The notes beneath the pieces were generated by a model that was not told the origin of the DNA, did no database searches, and saw only the letters and a program-made list of their open reading frames with translations. The position numbers and the translations under genes are program-made. From sequence record DRR723986_7414: a stretch of DNA of 46,509 bases. One strand, written 5' to 3'. Numbering within the stretch: the stretch's first letter is position 1; the number at the start of each line of letters is the position of its first letter. Positions 28,205 through 38,525 of the stretch are shown here, piece after piece.

Positions 28205-30679
28205 TTATCGCAGCATGCTCAATCTACTAAGGATAGCTTTCCCCGTAACGCCTTGCTCACGTAATTTTGTCGCGGCTGTAGCCGCATCAGTAAACAACGG
28301 GCCATCGTAAGTCAAGCTTAGGACAACCCTACGTAATCGCTCGATAATATCCATCAGCGCTTCTTCATTCATCAACTGGGGACCGAATGCAATGTCCTCC
28401 TGTCGATCAGCAGATGTGACATTCGTTGCAAAAACGAGAGCTGGCTTAGGAGTACCAACTGCAAGTTGCTCTGCACACCAGTTGCCGCTTAAAAGAAGCT
28501 GACTTGCATCGCTCTTATGAAGAGGAGAGATTTTCTCGCTTTTTGCTTCGATACAGGCGCTACAGTCGTCGAACAGCCAAAGAACATCTGGGCCGCGACC
28601 TGTCTCTTTTTCTGGTCGACTACTGGCGGCTCCAAGCAGCTCACCCAACTCAAAAATGCCTCGTTCGACAGACTCAGCAGAATTACCAAAAGAAAGCTTT
28701 GCTTTCACTTCGTCAATACGGGCGAGCGCTGCATTCGCTGACTCGTAAACCCCAAAAACATTGCAAAGTGCAACAGCTTGGTCAGTAAGGCGCAAAAACT
28801 TCCGATCGGCCACTTGCTGTGGACGCGGGAACTTCGTATTTAGATTGAATACGGATTTGTAAACCTCGGATGCTTGACCCGGGTCGAACTGGTGCATGTA
28901 GACCGCCATCCAATACAGTAGTTCAGCTTTCTGAATCTGATGGATCGGAATGTTTGTCGCTTCCCGTAATCTAATGACAGCACCTTGAAAATTCTTGGCC
29001 TTTGCAAGTCCCCATGCTTCACGCATAGCCAATGCACTCGTTTCATGGGCTGTAAGTGCCTTGTCCCGTTGCGCCTTATTTTCTACCTTAACACGAGTTG
29101 TATGCGCGTGTTTCCAGCCGTCATTTCTAGAAAGTAAAGCCTTCGTTAGATCAATGATCACGGTGCCAATAGATTTTCCTTGATGATCCGGCAGGCTTGC
29201 CAGTTCCCGGCCAAGTTCCAACTGGAGGCGTGTCCGCTCCTCTAAAAGATTGGAAACATTTTTTCGTCCGATGAATGCTGCAATGTCGGTACCGACCAAA
29301 AGCACCGCCGCGTAGTCAGCGCTGGATCGAACTGCACGTCCAAGTGCTTGCTCGAACTTGTTAACTGTGCGTATCTCGTATTCGGGACTGTCTTTTTGTC
29401 GGTAAGTGTCAACGTGGTCAATCACCCGTTCCCCACCTGGTACCCCGTCAATCACCAATAATCTACATGCATCATCTGGCAAATCAACCCCGTCAAACCG
29501 CTGGGCGAATACAACAAAATTGGCGCTTGTGGTACGAAGTTTGAGTAACGTGTTATCAAAGTCACTTCCCTGCGAGAGAGTGGCACCGGCTTCAACCCAG
29601 GTCCTAGCTTGTGCTGCAGATGTTGTTAGTACAACAACGTTAGTGAATCTGGCAAGAGCAGCGCATGTTGCCGCAATTTCCGCTTTGTTGCTTTCAGGGT
29701 TTATTAAAGACGTTGGCAAAATCATTCGCTCACCAGCACCCTCGTCTTCTTTGGGTTCTATCAGACGCTCGTACGCTAAAGGCGAGCAATCAAGCGCAGA
29801 AATTAATCCCGAGCTGTCCTTGATACTGGCGGACATGAATAGACGGTGTTTTGCACCAGCATAAGCAGCAACTTCCTCTACAGGTGGAATGTGCAACGCG
29901 ATTTCTGCTGAGACCCCTGAAATACAACAACGAGCGAGTTCTAAATAGCGGGCGATATTGCCCCAGTGGAACTTAAGGGGAGCTTCATCCTGTAGTGGAG
30001 CTATCAACCTGGCCACTTCTGGACACACCTGCGCCCAGACCCAACATGGAACCTCATATGTCGAGCCAGCATCTCCTTTCATAATACCTGACCATGTTGC
30101 GGCATCGGTATTTGCGCAAAGAGGCGACAACAATGTTCGTACCTGATTAAATATCTGAGCGGGCAATTCGACCGTATAGTACTTGCGGATGCGCTCCGCA
30201 CCTGCATGCACGTCATCCATAATGATTGCAGAAGGACGGATAGACCGGGTCTCAAAAACAGAGTTAGCAGTAAACAACTTGTCATAAGTGCAAGCTAGAA
30301 CAGTCTCGCCACTCATCGCATCGAAAGGTAAACCGCTTTTAGGGAACACTGATACATTGACGCCAATCAGGCGCCCTGTTTCAACCACCTGATCGGCCAA
30401 TTGGTGAGTCGGGCAAAGATAAGCAACTGGCTCGCCTTTGTACTTACGACGCATCATCTCCGCATAGAGAAGACCTAACACCGTTTTTCCAGATCCTGTA
30501 CTCAGCTTCATGATGACGTCGCGCTGATTCATCTGTTCGTCAAGCATGGCCAGGGCTGCAAGCTGAGCAGTTCGCAAACCTGTATGAGTAGCTTTTCGAT
30601 CTAGCTGTTTAAATAGATCTGCTAGAGTGGCTGGTAAATCTCCGCCGGAGCTTTTCGCTAATGATTCAAAATTGACCAT
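28205..30679 (-). CDS. SF2 helicase with C-terminal PD-(D/E)XK nuclease, Hna-like
   Basis: LRTAQ, KLSTGSGKT, YLCPT.QL..Q, DDVH, MSAS, RFDGVDLP, QALGRAVR; C-terminal GPDVLW...IEAK; 824 aa. Confidence 0.75.
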   Translation of the reverse strand: MVNFESLAKSSGGDLPATLADLFKQLDRKATHTGLRTAQLAALAMLDEQMNQRDVIMKLSTGSGKTVLGLLYAEMMRRKYKGEPVAYLCPTHQLADQVVETGRLIGVNVSVFPKSGLPFDAMSGETVLACTYDKLFTANSVFETRSIRPSAIIMDDVHAGAERIRKYYTVELPAQIFNQVRTLLSPLCANTDAATWSGIMKGDAGSTYEVPCWVWAQVCPEVARLIAPLQDEAPLKFHWGNIARYLELARCCISGVSAEIALHIPPVEEVAAYAGAKHRLFMSASIKDSSGLISALDCSPLAYERLIEPKEDEGAGERMILPTSLINPESNKAEIAATCAALARFTNVVVLTTSAAQARTWVEAGATLSQGSDFDNTLLKLRTTSANFVVFAQRFDGVDLPDDACRLLVIDGVPGGERVIDHVDTYRQKDSPEYEIRTVNKFEQALGRAVRSSADYAAVLLVGTDIAAFIGRKNVSNLLEERTRLQLELGRELASLPDHQGKSIGTVIIDLTKALLSRNDGWKHAHTTRVKVENKAQRDKALTAHETSALAMREAWGLAKAKNFQGAVIRLREATNIPIHQIQKAELLYWMAVYMHQFDPGQASEVYKSVFNLNTKFPRPQQVADRKFLRLTDQAVALCNVFGVYESANAALARIDEVKAKLSFGNSAESVERGIFELGELLGAASSRPEKETGRGPDVLWLFDDCSACIEAKSEKISPLHKSDASQLLLSGNWCAEQLAVGTPKPALVFATNVTSADRQEDIAFGPQLMNEEALMDIIERLRRVVLSLTYDGPLFTDAATAATKLREQGVTGKAILSRLSMLR

Positions 30680-30830
30680 TTAATGTTTTTTCCCGACGTA
30701 AGAATGACCACTTGATTGTACTTAAATTTCGTTGAGCAACTATATGCCTCCCTGTTATAGGTAAATCTGAAGGTGATGCGATTAATTTGGCGAAGCATGG
30801 CTCACCGTGAGATGGCATCTAAAAGCCAAG

Positions 30831-31859
30831 TCACGGTTTCAATATCAAAAGTTCACTAAGTACCTGATGGTGGGTGTTCTTCATCGGGACGGACTCGATA
30901 CGGAAACCGTGGCTTTCAGCCATTGAACGCACCTCAGGAGCATCGTCATAGGTCAACATTACTGAGCCACGCACCGTGGCCATGAGCGCAAACAACCCTT
31001 CATGATCAATTTCGTTATGGGTGTAGAGACGAGATCCAGCCTTTTTCCCGCCGGCAGTGTAGGGCGGATCAATAAAGAAAAACGCATTAGCATCTTCGGC
31101 ATAGCGCCGCACCAGATCGAACGCGTCTATTTGCTCGAAAGCGATCCGACCGCGCATATTTTGCAAAGCTTCGATACGACAGGCAAGCGTTTCCGGATAC
31201 CAACGAGACTTGAGACCGCGACCTGCCTCTCCGGCCTTAATTAAACCAGCACCAGCTGCCATGATACCGCCGCGCTGCATGCGGTTCTTGACGATAGTAC
31301 GGAAAGCCCGCCCGCGAATACTTCTAGGATTACCATCGAGAACTGCCCGAACGTTATCCAAAGTCACTTCGAACCTGATTATTTGCTTACATAGCCAACT
31401 CACATCCGCAGGCTTGCCATGAAAAATAACTTGCCACACAGCGGCTACATCTTCGTCCAATTCTCCCAAACATACATGGTCAGCCAAGTGCTCAGCAGCA
31501 GCAGACAAACCAGCCATCGCGCCACCAGCAAAAGGTTCCACAAATACGGAAGGCGTAATCTTTGATGCACTCAGCCATTTACGCACTTCGGGCACAAGCC
31601 ACGTTTTACCACCAGGGTAACGAAAAGGACTTAGCTGGCGAACCTGAGCAACGTTCGTAGGAGTTTTCTTATCATGTAACTGTTCTACAAGTGATTTCAG
31701 CGCTTGCGCTTTATCAGGGTCAACGAAGTGATGCTTCAGCCCCTCAAGCGCCGGTTTACACACACTATGAACCAATACAGTGGTCCGCGTGACGCCTTGT
31801 TCTTTAAGACGTTCTATGCGGCGGTTTTGTCGTTGTAGCGCGGTGGCGTCGCGTGTCAT
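30831..31859 (-). CDS. Dam/D12-class m6A DNA methyltransferase with ~70-aa N-terminal extension
   Basis: SPFRYPGGKTW, FVEPFAGGA, DPPY. Confidence 0.92.
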   Translation of the reverse strand: MTRDATALQRQNRRIERLKEQGVTRTTVLVHSVCKPALEGLKHHFVDPDKAQALKSLVEQLHDKKTPTNVAQVRQLSPFRYPGGKTWLVPEVRKWLSASKITPSVFVEPFAGGAMAGLSAAAEHLADHVCLGELDEDVAAVWQVIFHGKPADVSWLCKQIIRFEVTLDNVRAVLDGNPRSIRGRAFRTIVKNRMQRGGIMAAGAGLIKAGEAGRGLKSRWYPETLACRIEALQNMRGRIAFEQIDAFDLVRRYAEDANAFFFIDPPYTAGGKKAGSRLYTHNEIDHEGLFALMATVRGSVMLTYDDAPEVRSMAESHGFRIESVPMKNTHHQVLSELLILKP

Positions 31860-31870
31860 CGTTATTCTCT

Positions 31871-31934
31871 CCGTGAATGTTCACGGAGAATAGCAAGTAC
31901 AATTAACGACGTCAATCCCCGTGAATGTTCACGG
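31871..31934 (-). promoter_or_regulatory. MTase promoter bracketed by two identical 16-bp palindromes
   Basis: CCGTGAA-TG-TTCACGG at 31871 and 31919; minus strand TTGACG, 17 bp spacer, TATTCT with extended TG. Confidence 0.8.
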
Positions 31935-31957
31935 TATTTTAAAGTGGGGTAATCTGA

Positions 31958-32977
31958 TTAATTTGCGGATTCGGAACTGCTATCGTGGCTTGAAAGCGAT
32001 GCGTCATCGACCTTCTCAAGGATAGGTGCAGGACGAACGATCTTATCGGTGATTCGTGTTTCAAACACCGGTAGGGGAACTGGTTTACCACCCGTCAACC
32101 CCTCCACTGAACGCTCAAGCGTGGTGTATCTAACTTCATCGCGCACAATTCGAGTGCGCTTTTGCCCCTCAACCTCTTCAAAGCGCACTACGAACCAAGC
32201 AATGTCCGCGTTAGAAATATCAGCGACATTGTCCATTTCCCCAATAGAATCGAAGAAGGCGCGATCAACGACAACGGCCATCTTTTTGCCCCAGCGGCGA
32301 AGCGTAGGTACTTTGATTTGAAGTTGGGGCATTAGACGCTTTGGACCGCTGCTACGATAATCCGGTCGACGACGACCGGCCGGAAATATCACCCAATCTA
32401 CGGAGGAATCACTAAATGCTTCAAACTCGCCCCTCATGGCATTGCCGCTAAAATAGACTGCCTGGATCTCAAGTGCTGCCCAATTCATAGGGGCTTCCTT
32501 CGGCGACTTAGTACTGACCAAAACCATGTCAATGCGACCGACATCATCGCCACCTTCGCTGTCAGTGGAAGCTCCGGCTTCAAGGAAACCGACTTCACCT
32601 ACCAATAGGGGGTCTGAGTCACCGAGGATCGTTTCGCCTACCCACTTAAACACCTCTAGCTCATCATGGAAACGATATGGGCATGTGGCCCGCAGATCAC
32701 CTTGTTTTCCTTCAACAGGAACACCGATTGCTCTCTTATTAACATGGTGTGTGTCGTAAGAATAAAGCCGGAGTGAACAAACGCCACCGTCCTTGGAACA
32801 AACCGCGTCTGCTTTACGCGCTTGAAAGGGACAGGGGTGGGCTGTTCGCTCTTTTTTTGGTTTTAGGACGTCGGCAGCAAACAGGCGACGTTCCTCCCCG
32901 GAAAGCTGCGTCAAGTTGTAGCCGAACCACTCTCCTATTCCGAATCGTGGCGTATTGTCTTTTGGTTTTTTTGCCAT
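31958..32977 (-). CDS. NotI-family restriction endonuclease
   Basis: Four-Cys cluster CPF...CSK.GGVCS...TCPYRF; GRIDMVLV...ALEIQAVYFSG; RRPDYRSS..KRLMPQL..K. Confidence 0.85.
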   Translation of the reverse strand: MAKKPKDNTPRFGIGEWFGYNLTQLSGEERRLFAADVLKPKKERTAHPCPFQARKADAVCSKDGGVCSLRLYSYDTHHVNKRAIGVPVEGKQGDLRATCPYRFHDELEVFKWVGETILGDSDPLLVGEVGFLEAGASTDSEGGDDVGRIDMVLVSTKSPKEAPMNWAALEIQAVYFSGNAMRGEFEAFSDSSVDWVIFPAGRRRPDYRSSGPKRLMPQLQIKVPTLRRWGKKMAVVVDRAFFDSIGEMDNVADISNADIAWFVVRFEEVEGQKRTRIVRDEVRYTTLERSVEGLTGGKPVPLPVFETRITDKIVRPAPILEKVDDASLSSHDSSSESAN

Positions 32978-33050
32978 AGATCCACAACGTAACATATCGG
33001 ACCCTTTCGGCCGAGAGCGCAAGGGAAAAAGCGGTTAAACATACTCAACC

Positions 33051-34037
33051 TTAGTACTGAATTTTAAAGGTTGGACTGTCTTCAGGTTTTGTGCGACGCC
33101 GATCATAAATTTGAGTAGTAGCTATATTGGCATGTCCAAGCCACTCCTGAACTTTCTTAATGTCAGCATCGTGGTCAAGTGCATTAGTAGCGGCCGTAGC
33201 CCTTAATGAATGCACCCCAATCGGAAAACCCAGCACGCCCGAGTAATGCCGCACGATCTTGTAAATCGAATCAGCAGTCATGTGCTTCTCGAACGCGACG
33301 TCACTCTTTTCATTGAGCCGACGAAACAGTGGTAGCTTGCGATCATTGCCATGACCGGCCAAAGTAAGATATTCGAAAATCAAAGATGCACTGCCTGGAT
33401 TCAGTGGTAAATAACGTGTTTTACCGCCCTTGCCACTGACCTTGATGTGCTTCACGCCACGCCGCTCTTCAATATCACCCACCTTCAACAGACATAATTC
33501 TTCACGACGTAACGCATGAAAAAGTAGAGTGGATAACAAAGCCTTATCTCTCAAAAGCTTAAGAGATTTGGATACCTTTTCTGGCGCACTCAACAATTCA
33601 CGTGCTTGTACATCAGAAATTGTGGGGGTCTTACCTTCATAGGTATCAACTTTTGGTCGCTTGACCCCATCAACTGGATTGTTCTGAACAGCGTGTGCGT
33701 CGCTTAAGTAATTGAACAATGAAGAAAGGGCCGCGAGTTTTCGCCTGACAGTACTCTTGGCCAAGCCTCTTTGCTCAAGATCAGTGCGCCACGCCAGGAC
33801 ATGGGCACGTGTGATTGAGCGCAGACCTTCAATCTGATCCAAACCCACGAACATCATGAAATCATTTAAGTCGTTTTTGTAGGCCCGGCGAGTTTCAACA
33901 CTGTCAATGTTGGCAAACCACTCAACCTCGGCCGGAATGTCCCGCAATTGCGAGAACGCTTCCTTGGACAACTGTCGGTTGGGTTTTTTTACAATCTGGA
34001 CAGAGTTTGGATCGTTGATAATCATGTGCAACTTCAA
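33051..34037 (-). CDS. Tyrosine recombinase, probable multimer resolvase (alternative start ATG 34025)
   Basis: RDKALL...ALRREE, GKGGK, HSLR, LGHANIATTQIY. Confidence 0.95.
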   Translation of the reverse strand: MKLHMIINDPNSVQIVKKPNRQLSKEAFSQLRDIPAEVEWFANIDSVETRRAYKNDLNDFMMFVGLDQIEGLRSITRAHVLAWRTDLEQRGLAKSTVRRKLAALSSLFNYLSDAHAVQNNPVDGVKRPKVDTYEGKTPTISDVQARELLSAPEKVSKSLKLLRDKALLSTLLFHALRREELCLLKVGDIEERRGVKHIKVSGKGGKTRYLPLNPGSASLIFEYLTLAGHGNDRKLPLFRRLNEKSDVAFEKHMTADSIYKIVRHYSGVLGFPIGVHSLRATAATNALDHDADIKKVQEWLGHANIATTQIYDRRRTKPEDSPTFKIQY

Positions 34038-34056
34038 GAAAATTGTACTCTTAATC

Positions 34057-34086
34057 TACTATTGATAAAATATATTATCAATAGTA
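34057..34086. other. Candidate recombinase core site/operator
   Basis: Perfect TACTATTGATAA-AATATA-TTATCAATAGTA (12-6-12) directly upstream of the recombinase gene. Confidence 0.75.
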
Positions 34087-34465
34087 AATAACTCACTTTT
34101 CAGAACCTCTTCCGAATCAATGTGCACTCGTATCCAACTTTGAGTACACTAAAACGCGAACAGCCGCAGAAGGTACGCACAAGCTAACCGACAGGGCGAG
34201 TTGCACATGATGTTTCGTTTGTGCGGGAAGACTCCCCTCGATTTGCAGAAAGTTACTGCAAGTGAAGCTCGTCGGTGAATCGATAGTGCTTAAGAACTTC
34301 TCTACTTGGGCTTAGCCGCAATCTGGAAGGGATATATTTTTGGGTGCAACGGAGGTATCAACCACTACGTTACATCCAACAAAAGTTTTTCACAAATGTT
34401 GGTACGTCGATAATTACCGAGGCACTTAAAAGAACTTGCGGTGAATAACTTCTTTGAGACTGAGT

Positions 34466-34708
34466 ATGAAAGGTGATGGGTTAACTACAAAAGAAATAAA
34501 GCTGTATAGGTTTTTTCATTTTATTGGAATGGCGCTCACCGTAGGGATAGTTTTATTTATTTATCTCTTCAAAGAGTTCGAGATCACAACTCTGTTCTTA
34601 CTCTTGGCTATGATTCCAATCTTGATGGGATTCACTTTTGGATGTGCCCTATCATGGGATGTGAGAATCATTCCTGGTCTGGAGGATTCGGAGCGCGATA
34701 AATCTTGA
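34466..34708 (+). CDS. Small 2-TM membrane protein
   Basis: Two hydrophobic segments; AT-rich; no family recognised. Confidence 0.5.
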   Translation: MKGDGLTTKEIKLYRFFHFIGMALTVGIVLFIYLFKEFEITTLFLLLAMIPILMGFTFGCALSWDVRIIPGLEDSERDKS

Positions 34709-35159
34709 GGTTTTGACTTACCCCAGATTTTTCGATCCAGCGTTACTTAACCACAGTGATCTCTTAATGCAACAAAACATTCTCCAAGAGTTGGTCAATT
34801 ACATCCCTGTGTTACCGATAGAAAGTGCAGGCCCCCAACACTATCCCCACATCAGGGCGGGTTTGGAAAAAATGGGAACGCTCATCAGCAACAACACCAA
34901 GGAATTCGTTTGTGTCGATGGCTTAAAACTCGAAAACTGGGTTTAGCGAGCCACATCATACTAAATGCGAAAACCCTCGCATAAAAAACTTATCTTATGT
35001 AACCTAAGCTGAGGTGTTGTACGATTCGCATTGGAATAAACACAGTGACCTGCTCCGTAATTTTCTCGTGTAAGATCTCCAATTCAGTTGTACGCAAGAT
35101 TTGATTGGGCATAAAGATCTGGATTGAATCGCCCTTTTTCCCCTTGATACACCACTCCC

Positions 35160-36536
35160 CTAGTCTGCTTCACCTGAAGCGGAATTCTTGAGTTCCGCGA
35201 ACTTCACTGCCATTGTGGGGTTGCCCCGAGTCAGGCGCTTCACCGTCAAGTCTTCAGCCTTGTCATTGGCCAATCGCAAATTGTTGGCTGACTTATGCAG
35301 CGCCTCTTTCGTTTTTTCAAGGTCTTTAATGGCCTCATCAATTCGTTTGACCGCCTCCTCAAATCCTTCTGAGGCTAAGCGCCAATTACGCCCGAATGAA
35401 GTTTTAAAGTCATCAAGTTGGACCTCGAAATTGGTGATATCGATGTTTTGGGCTTTGACAAGGGTCAACTCAGATTTGTACTTAAGTGAACTTAGCGCTG
35501 CGTTCCGCAATAGAGAGATGAGCGGAATAAAAAACTGGGGCCTGACAACGTACATCTTGGGAAAGCGATGGGACACTTCAACAATCCCGCTGTTGTACAG
35601 TTCGTTCTCTGGCTCAAGTAACGAAACCAAGACGGCGTATTCGCACCCCTTTTCAGTTCGATCTTTATCCAATTCTTTCAGAAAGTCTTCATTGCGCTTT
35701 TTGGTCGCTGTTTCATCACTCTCGTTTTTCATCTCGAACATGATCGACACTATCTCGGTGCCATTTTCGTCCAGGTCACGAAAAATAAAGTCGCCTTTGC
35801 TTCCGCTTCGCGCATCGTTGTCTTTTTCGAAATACGCTCGGGGAAATGCTGTGGCACGGATACGGTTGAACTCGATTTCACAGTGCTGCTCAAGTGTCTC
35901 ACCGACCATCTTGGTTGAAAGGCGGGCCTTCATGTCCCGCAAACGTTCAATTTCACCCTCGCGATCTTTGATTTGAGTTTCATATTTATCCTTCAGGGAC
36001 TTCTCTGCAACCTGCTTTTCCAGATTAGCTTGTGAGAGTTTGTTCAGCAGTTGGTCACGCTCTTTCTCCACCACATTGACGGCTTGAGTAACTGCAAGTT
36101 GTTGATTCACTTCAATCGAACTAATCTTGGCTTGAAGTTCTTGGATTTCGCCTTTGAGCGTAACTTCAATCAGTTTGGTAGCGGATGCTGTTTCCCGCTT
36201 TGCTTGCTCCAGCTGGCTCGACAGGGAATCACGCTCTTTTTCCACGGCACGTAGTGCTTCGGTTACAACCAATTTCTGGGCCACCTCTACCGTTTCCAAA
36301 TTTGTCTTTAACTGCTGAATCTCGGCATCTTTGATCAAAGCAGTTTTTTGCACCTCAGCGTTAGCCCGCTCGGTGGCCAAGGCGAGTGCGTTTTGCTTGT
36401 CTATCTCGGCCAGGCGGAGCCTGTCAGCAAGCTGCGCCTCAAATTCATGATCTCTAACCTGTTTCAGGATATCGGCATAACCCGTCTCATCAATTTTGAA
36501 CGCCTTGCTACAGTGAGGGCAGATAATTTCATTCAT
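35160..36536 (-). CDS. DUF2130 family protein (Zn knuckle, coiled coil, PD-(D/E)XK-like domain)
   Basis: [54 protein letters not shown]. Confidence 0.9.
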   Translation of the reverse strand: MNEIICPHCSKAFKIDETGYADILKQVRDHEFEAQLADRLRLAEIDKQNALALATERANAEVQKTALIKDAEIQQLKTNLETVEVAQKLVVTEALRAVEKERDSLSSQLEQAKRETASATKLIEVTLKGEIQELQAKISSIEVNQQLAVTQAVNVVEKERDQLLNKLSQANLEKQVAEKSLKDKYETQIKDREGEIERLRDMKARLSTKMVGETLEQHCEIEFNRIRATAFPRAYFEKDNDARSGSKGDFIFRDLDENGTEIVSIMFEMKNESDETATKKRNEDFLKELDKDRTEKGCEYAVLVSLLEPENELYNSGIVEVSHRFPKMYVVRPQFFIPLISLLRNAALSSLKYKSELTLVKAQNIDITNFEVQLDDFKTSFGRNWRLASEGFEEAVKRIDEAIKDLEKTKEALHKSANNLRLANDKAEDLTVKRLTRGNPTMAVKFAELKNSASGEAD

Positions 36537-36673
36537 TCGTAAATTCCTCTATTTTTGGTTTTATATGTCTGCTTTGGAATACCCGCTTGTCAGAACACAA
36601 TGCACTGATCTGAGTTTTCGGAGCACATGGCGAATTGTCGGTAAACCGAACACTTTTACATCACCACGGCTTA

Positions 36674-37015
36674 CTATACAAACTCAATATTCAGCTCTTC
36701 GGGTTTTCTCAAACTTCGTGATGAACGGGGTTCGCAACCTGTTAAATGAATGACATACAGATTCGTTTTCAATAAGTCCCAAGCCTCGTCCAGTGACAAC
36801 ACGTAATGTTTATTGACAGCCCGGTTACGACCCTCCCCATCTTCACACTCTAATTTGTGTCGGTGGTTCAAAACGTAGCGTCCTTGGCTGTCTCGTCTAG
36901 CCTCGAACTCAACATTCTTGATCTTTCCGCGCGTGCCCAAAGCCCAGATTCTTTTGATGCGGAGCGATTCTGATTGCTGCGCTTGATTGATGATGTCCAC
37001 GGTTATCTCCTTCAA
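36674..37015 (-). CDS. Hypothetical protein, 113 aa
   Basis: Co-oriented within a gene run; start codon uncertain. Confidence 0.6.
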   Translation of the reverse strand: MKEITVDIINQAQQSESLRIKRIWALGTRGKIKNVEFEARRDSQGRYVLNHRHKLECEDGEGRNRAVNKHYVLSLDEAWDLLKTNLYVIHLTGCEPRSSRSLRKPEELNIEFV

Positions 37016-37060
37016 GTAATTTTCTTGTTGATTATGTCTTTGACTGATGCTGACATGTGG

Positions 37061-37372
37061 TTAATTAATTGGGGCTGCGGTGACAATGAAATCATCAGCT
37101 GCCGCCACAAAGTAATAATTAAAATATTCATTCAGCTTGCCGTATGCCGTTCTGCCCAAAAAACGCTCCAATTGCCGACGACTTTGTTTATTTAACGAAA
37201 ATGATGTGCATCCATCCTGGGCGTTTTGCGCTGCGCCATAGCGCAGGATCATCTCGATCACAAAATCCGGAATATTTCGTTGCTGTTGACGAATGGCTGC
37301 GTGCCTTGTTTTTTTCAAATGAGCATGACGAATGATTGTTTTGTCGCCGACCACGATTGCATATGAATCCAT
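37061..37372 (-). CDS. DUF4258-like small protein
   Basis: TRHAAIRQQQRNIP...IE.IL.YG and C-terminal IVTA; GGGAG/AGGA RBS before ATG 37372. Confidence 0.65.
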   Translation of the reverse strand: MDSYAIVVGDKTIIRHAHLKKTRHAAIRQQQRNIPDFVIEMILRYGAAQNAQDGCTSFSLNKQSRRQLERFLGRTAYGKLNEYFNYYFVAAADDFIVTAAPIN

Positions 37373-37376
37373 GTTC

Positions 37377-38426
37377 CTACTCCCCCAGCCTTTTTGACAA
37401 TTCCAACAACAACTGTGAGCCAGCTTGCAGCCCCTTCTTGATAAAAACACTGGACTGTTCAGGACAAAGTTCGTGGCCCAAATCAGTGAGTGCCTGGTGA
37501 TCTACGCACAATTCCAACATCTCTTGTAAGTCAGGCGGAGAACCATTTTTCCCAGACTCCTCCCACAGTTGAAGCAGAATCGAATGAAACTTTCCAGGAG
37601 TGTCCGCATTCTTGAGACTCGGCTTTGGAAACAAATTGGATTCTTGCGTTGCCCTCATCGGAACACGCATCCCTTTGCTGTCTAGCCATCGACGTGCCTC
37701 AGCAATATCAATCACAGTGCTGCCATCAAAGGGAGATTTCGTGGTGACCAACGCATTGGCCCTTTTTGGGTTGGCCGCAGCCCGGATGCTTTCTGGTGTC
37801 ATCATGGAGAGGGCAGCAATCTGCTTGATAGTGAGTTCACCTGCACGATGTGAAGCCAAGCTGAGTTCACGTACATGATTTGGGATCAACTGATCATCAA
37901 AGTGAACGGCCCTGCAAAAAGTGTGCGTGGTGATGCCCTCAAGAATTAATCTTGCATCGGCCAAGTAAAGTACTTTTTGCAACTCTTGGGCTTCTGAACG
38001 CGCCCCGCCACCATATCCATCAATTTGTTCACTCAGTTGGCTTGTGGCGTAAAGCTCTAGCAGGTCGTTGATTCGGGTGAAAACCTCGTCCTGGCCATAC
38101 TCACTCCCAGGGTAATAGCGGCCATGAAAGGCCAACTCATAAAGATCTTGAAGCCCTGTTGCAAAGTCGGTGTGTTTGATGGTGTCAAAATTAAAATATT
38201 CTGCAATCTCGTACTCATCAAATTTGAGCGAAGGATCCAAGATCGAAACTGGGTTATGTCCATGCTCGAAATGAGTAGTGTCAACATTCAATGCTGCCCA
38301 GATCTTCCTTGGCTCGAGACCCATCCAAGCCATCTGCTTTCCAAGCGTCAGAAAACATTGGAGGATGTTGTTTTGAAATTCAGAGTAGGTCAACGTTGAT
38401 CTGAAGTGGTGTTCTGTATTTTGCAT
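37377..38426 (-). CDS. Hypothetical protein with internal HTH
   Basis: LTIKQIAALSMMTPESIRAAA...IDIAEARRWL resembles an excisionase/MerR-type wHTH. Confidence 0.7.
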   Translation of the reverse strand: MQNTEHHFRSTLTYSEFQNNILQCFLTLGKQMAWMGLEPRKIWAALNVDTTHFEHGHNPVSILDPSLKFDEYEIAEYFNFDTIKHTDFATGLQDLYELAFHGRYYPGSEYGQDEVFTRINDLLELYATSQLSEQIDGYGGGARSEAQELQKVLYLADARLILEGITTHTFCRAVHFDDQLIPNHVRELSLASHRAGELTIKQIAALSMMTPESIRAAANPKRANALVTTKSPFDGSTVIDIAEARRWLDSKGMRVPMRATQESNLFPKPSLKNADTPGKFHSILLQLWEESGKNGSPPDLQEMLELCVDHQALTDLGHELCPEQSSVFIKKGLQAGSQLLLELSKRLGE

Positions 38427-38525
38427 GATATGTTGTTCGCATGAATGGTGTGAATATGCGCAGATCATACATAAAATCTTAATCATGTGAATTCATATGG
38501 TCGGTATGAATCATTAGCCAGCATC

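Noticed and set aside
33051-34037. Integron integrase or prophage integrase
   Set aside because: No IntI-specific insertion recognised, no attC array and no phage genes; a plasmid resolvase is simpler.
34713-34946. 77-aa ORF
   Set aside because: TTG start, no recognisable motif; insufficient support.
34974-35005. dif/pdif-like site CGCATAA...TTATGT
   Set aside because: The spacer between the half-sites is 10 bp, not 6, and the XerD arm is poor.
35188-35976. 262-aa plus-strand ORF
   Set aside because: Antisense shadow of the well-supported DUF2130 gene; S/L/F-rich with no motifs.
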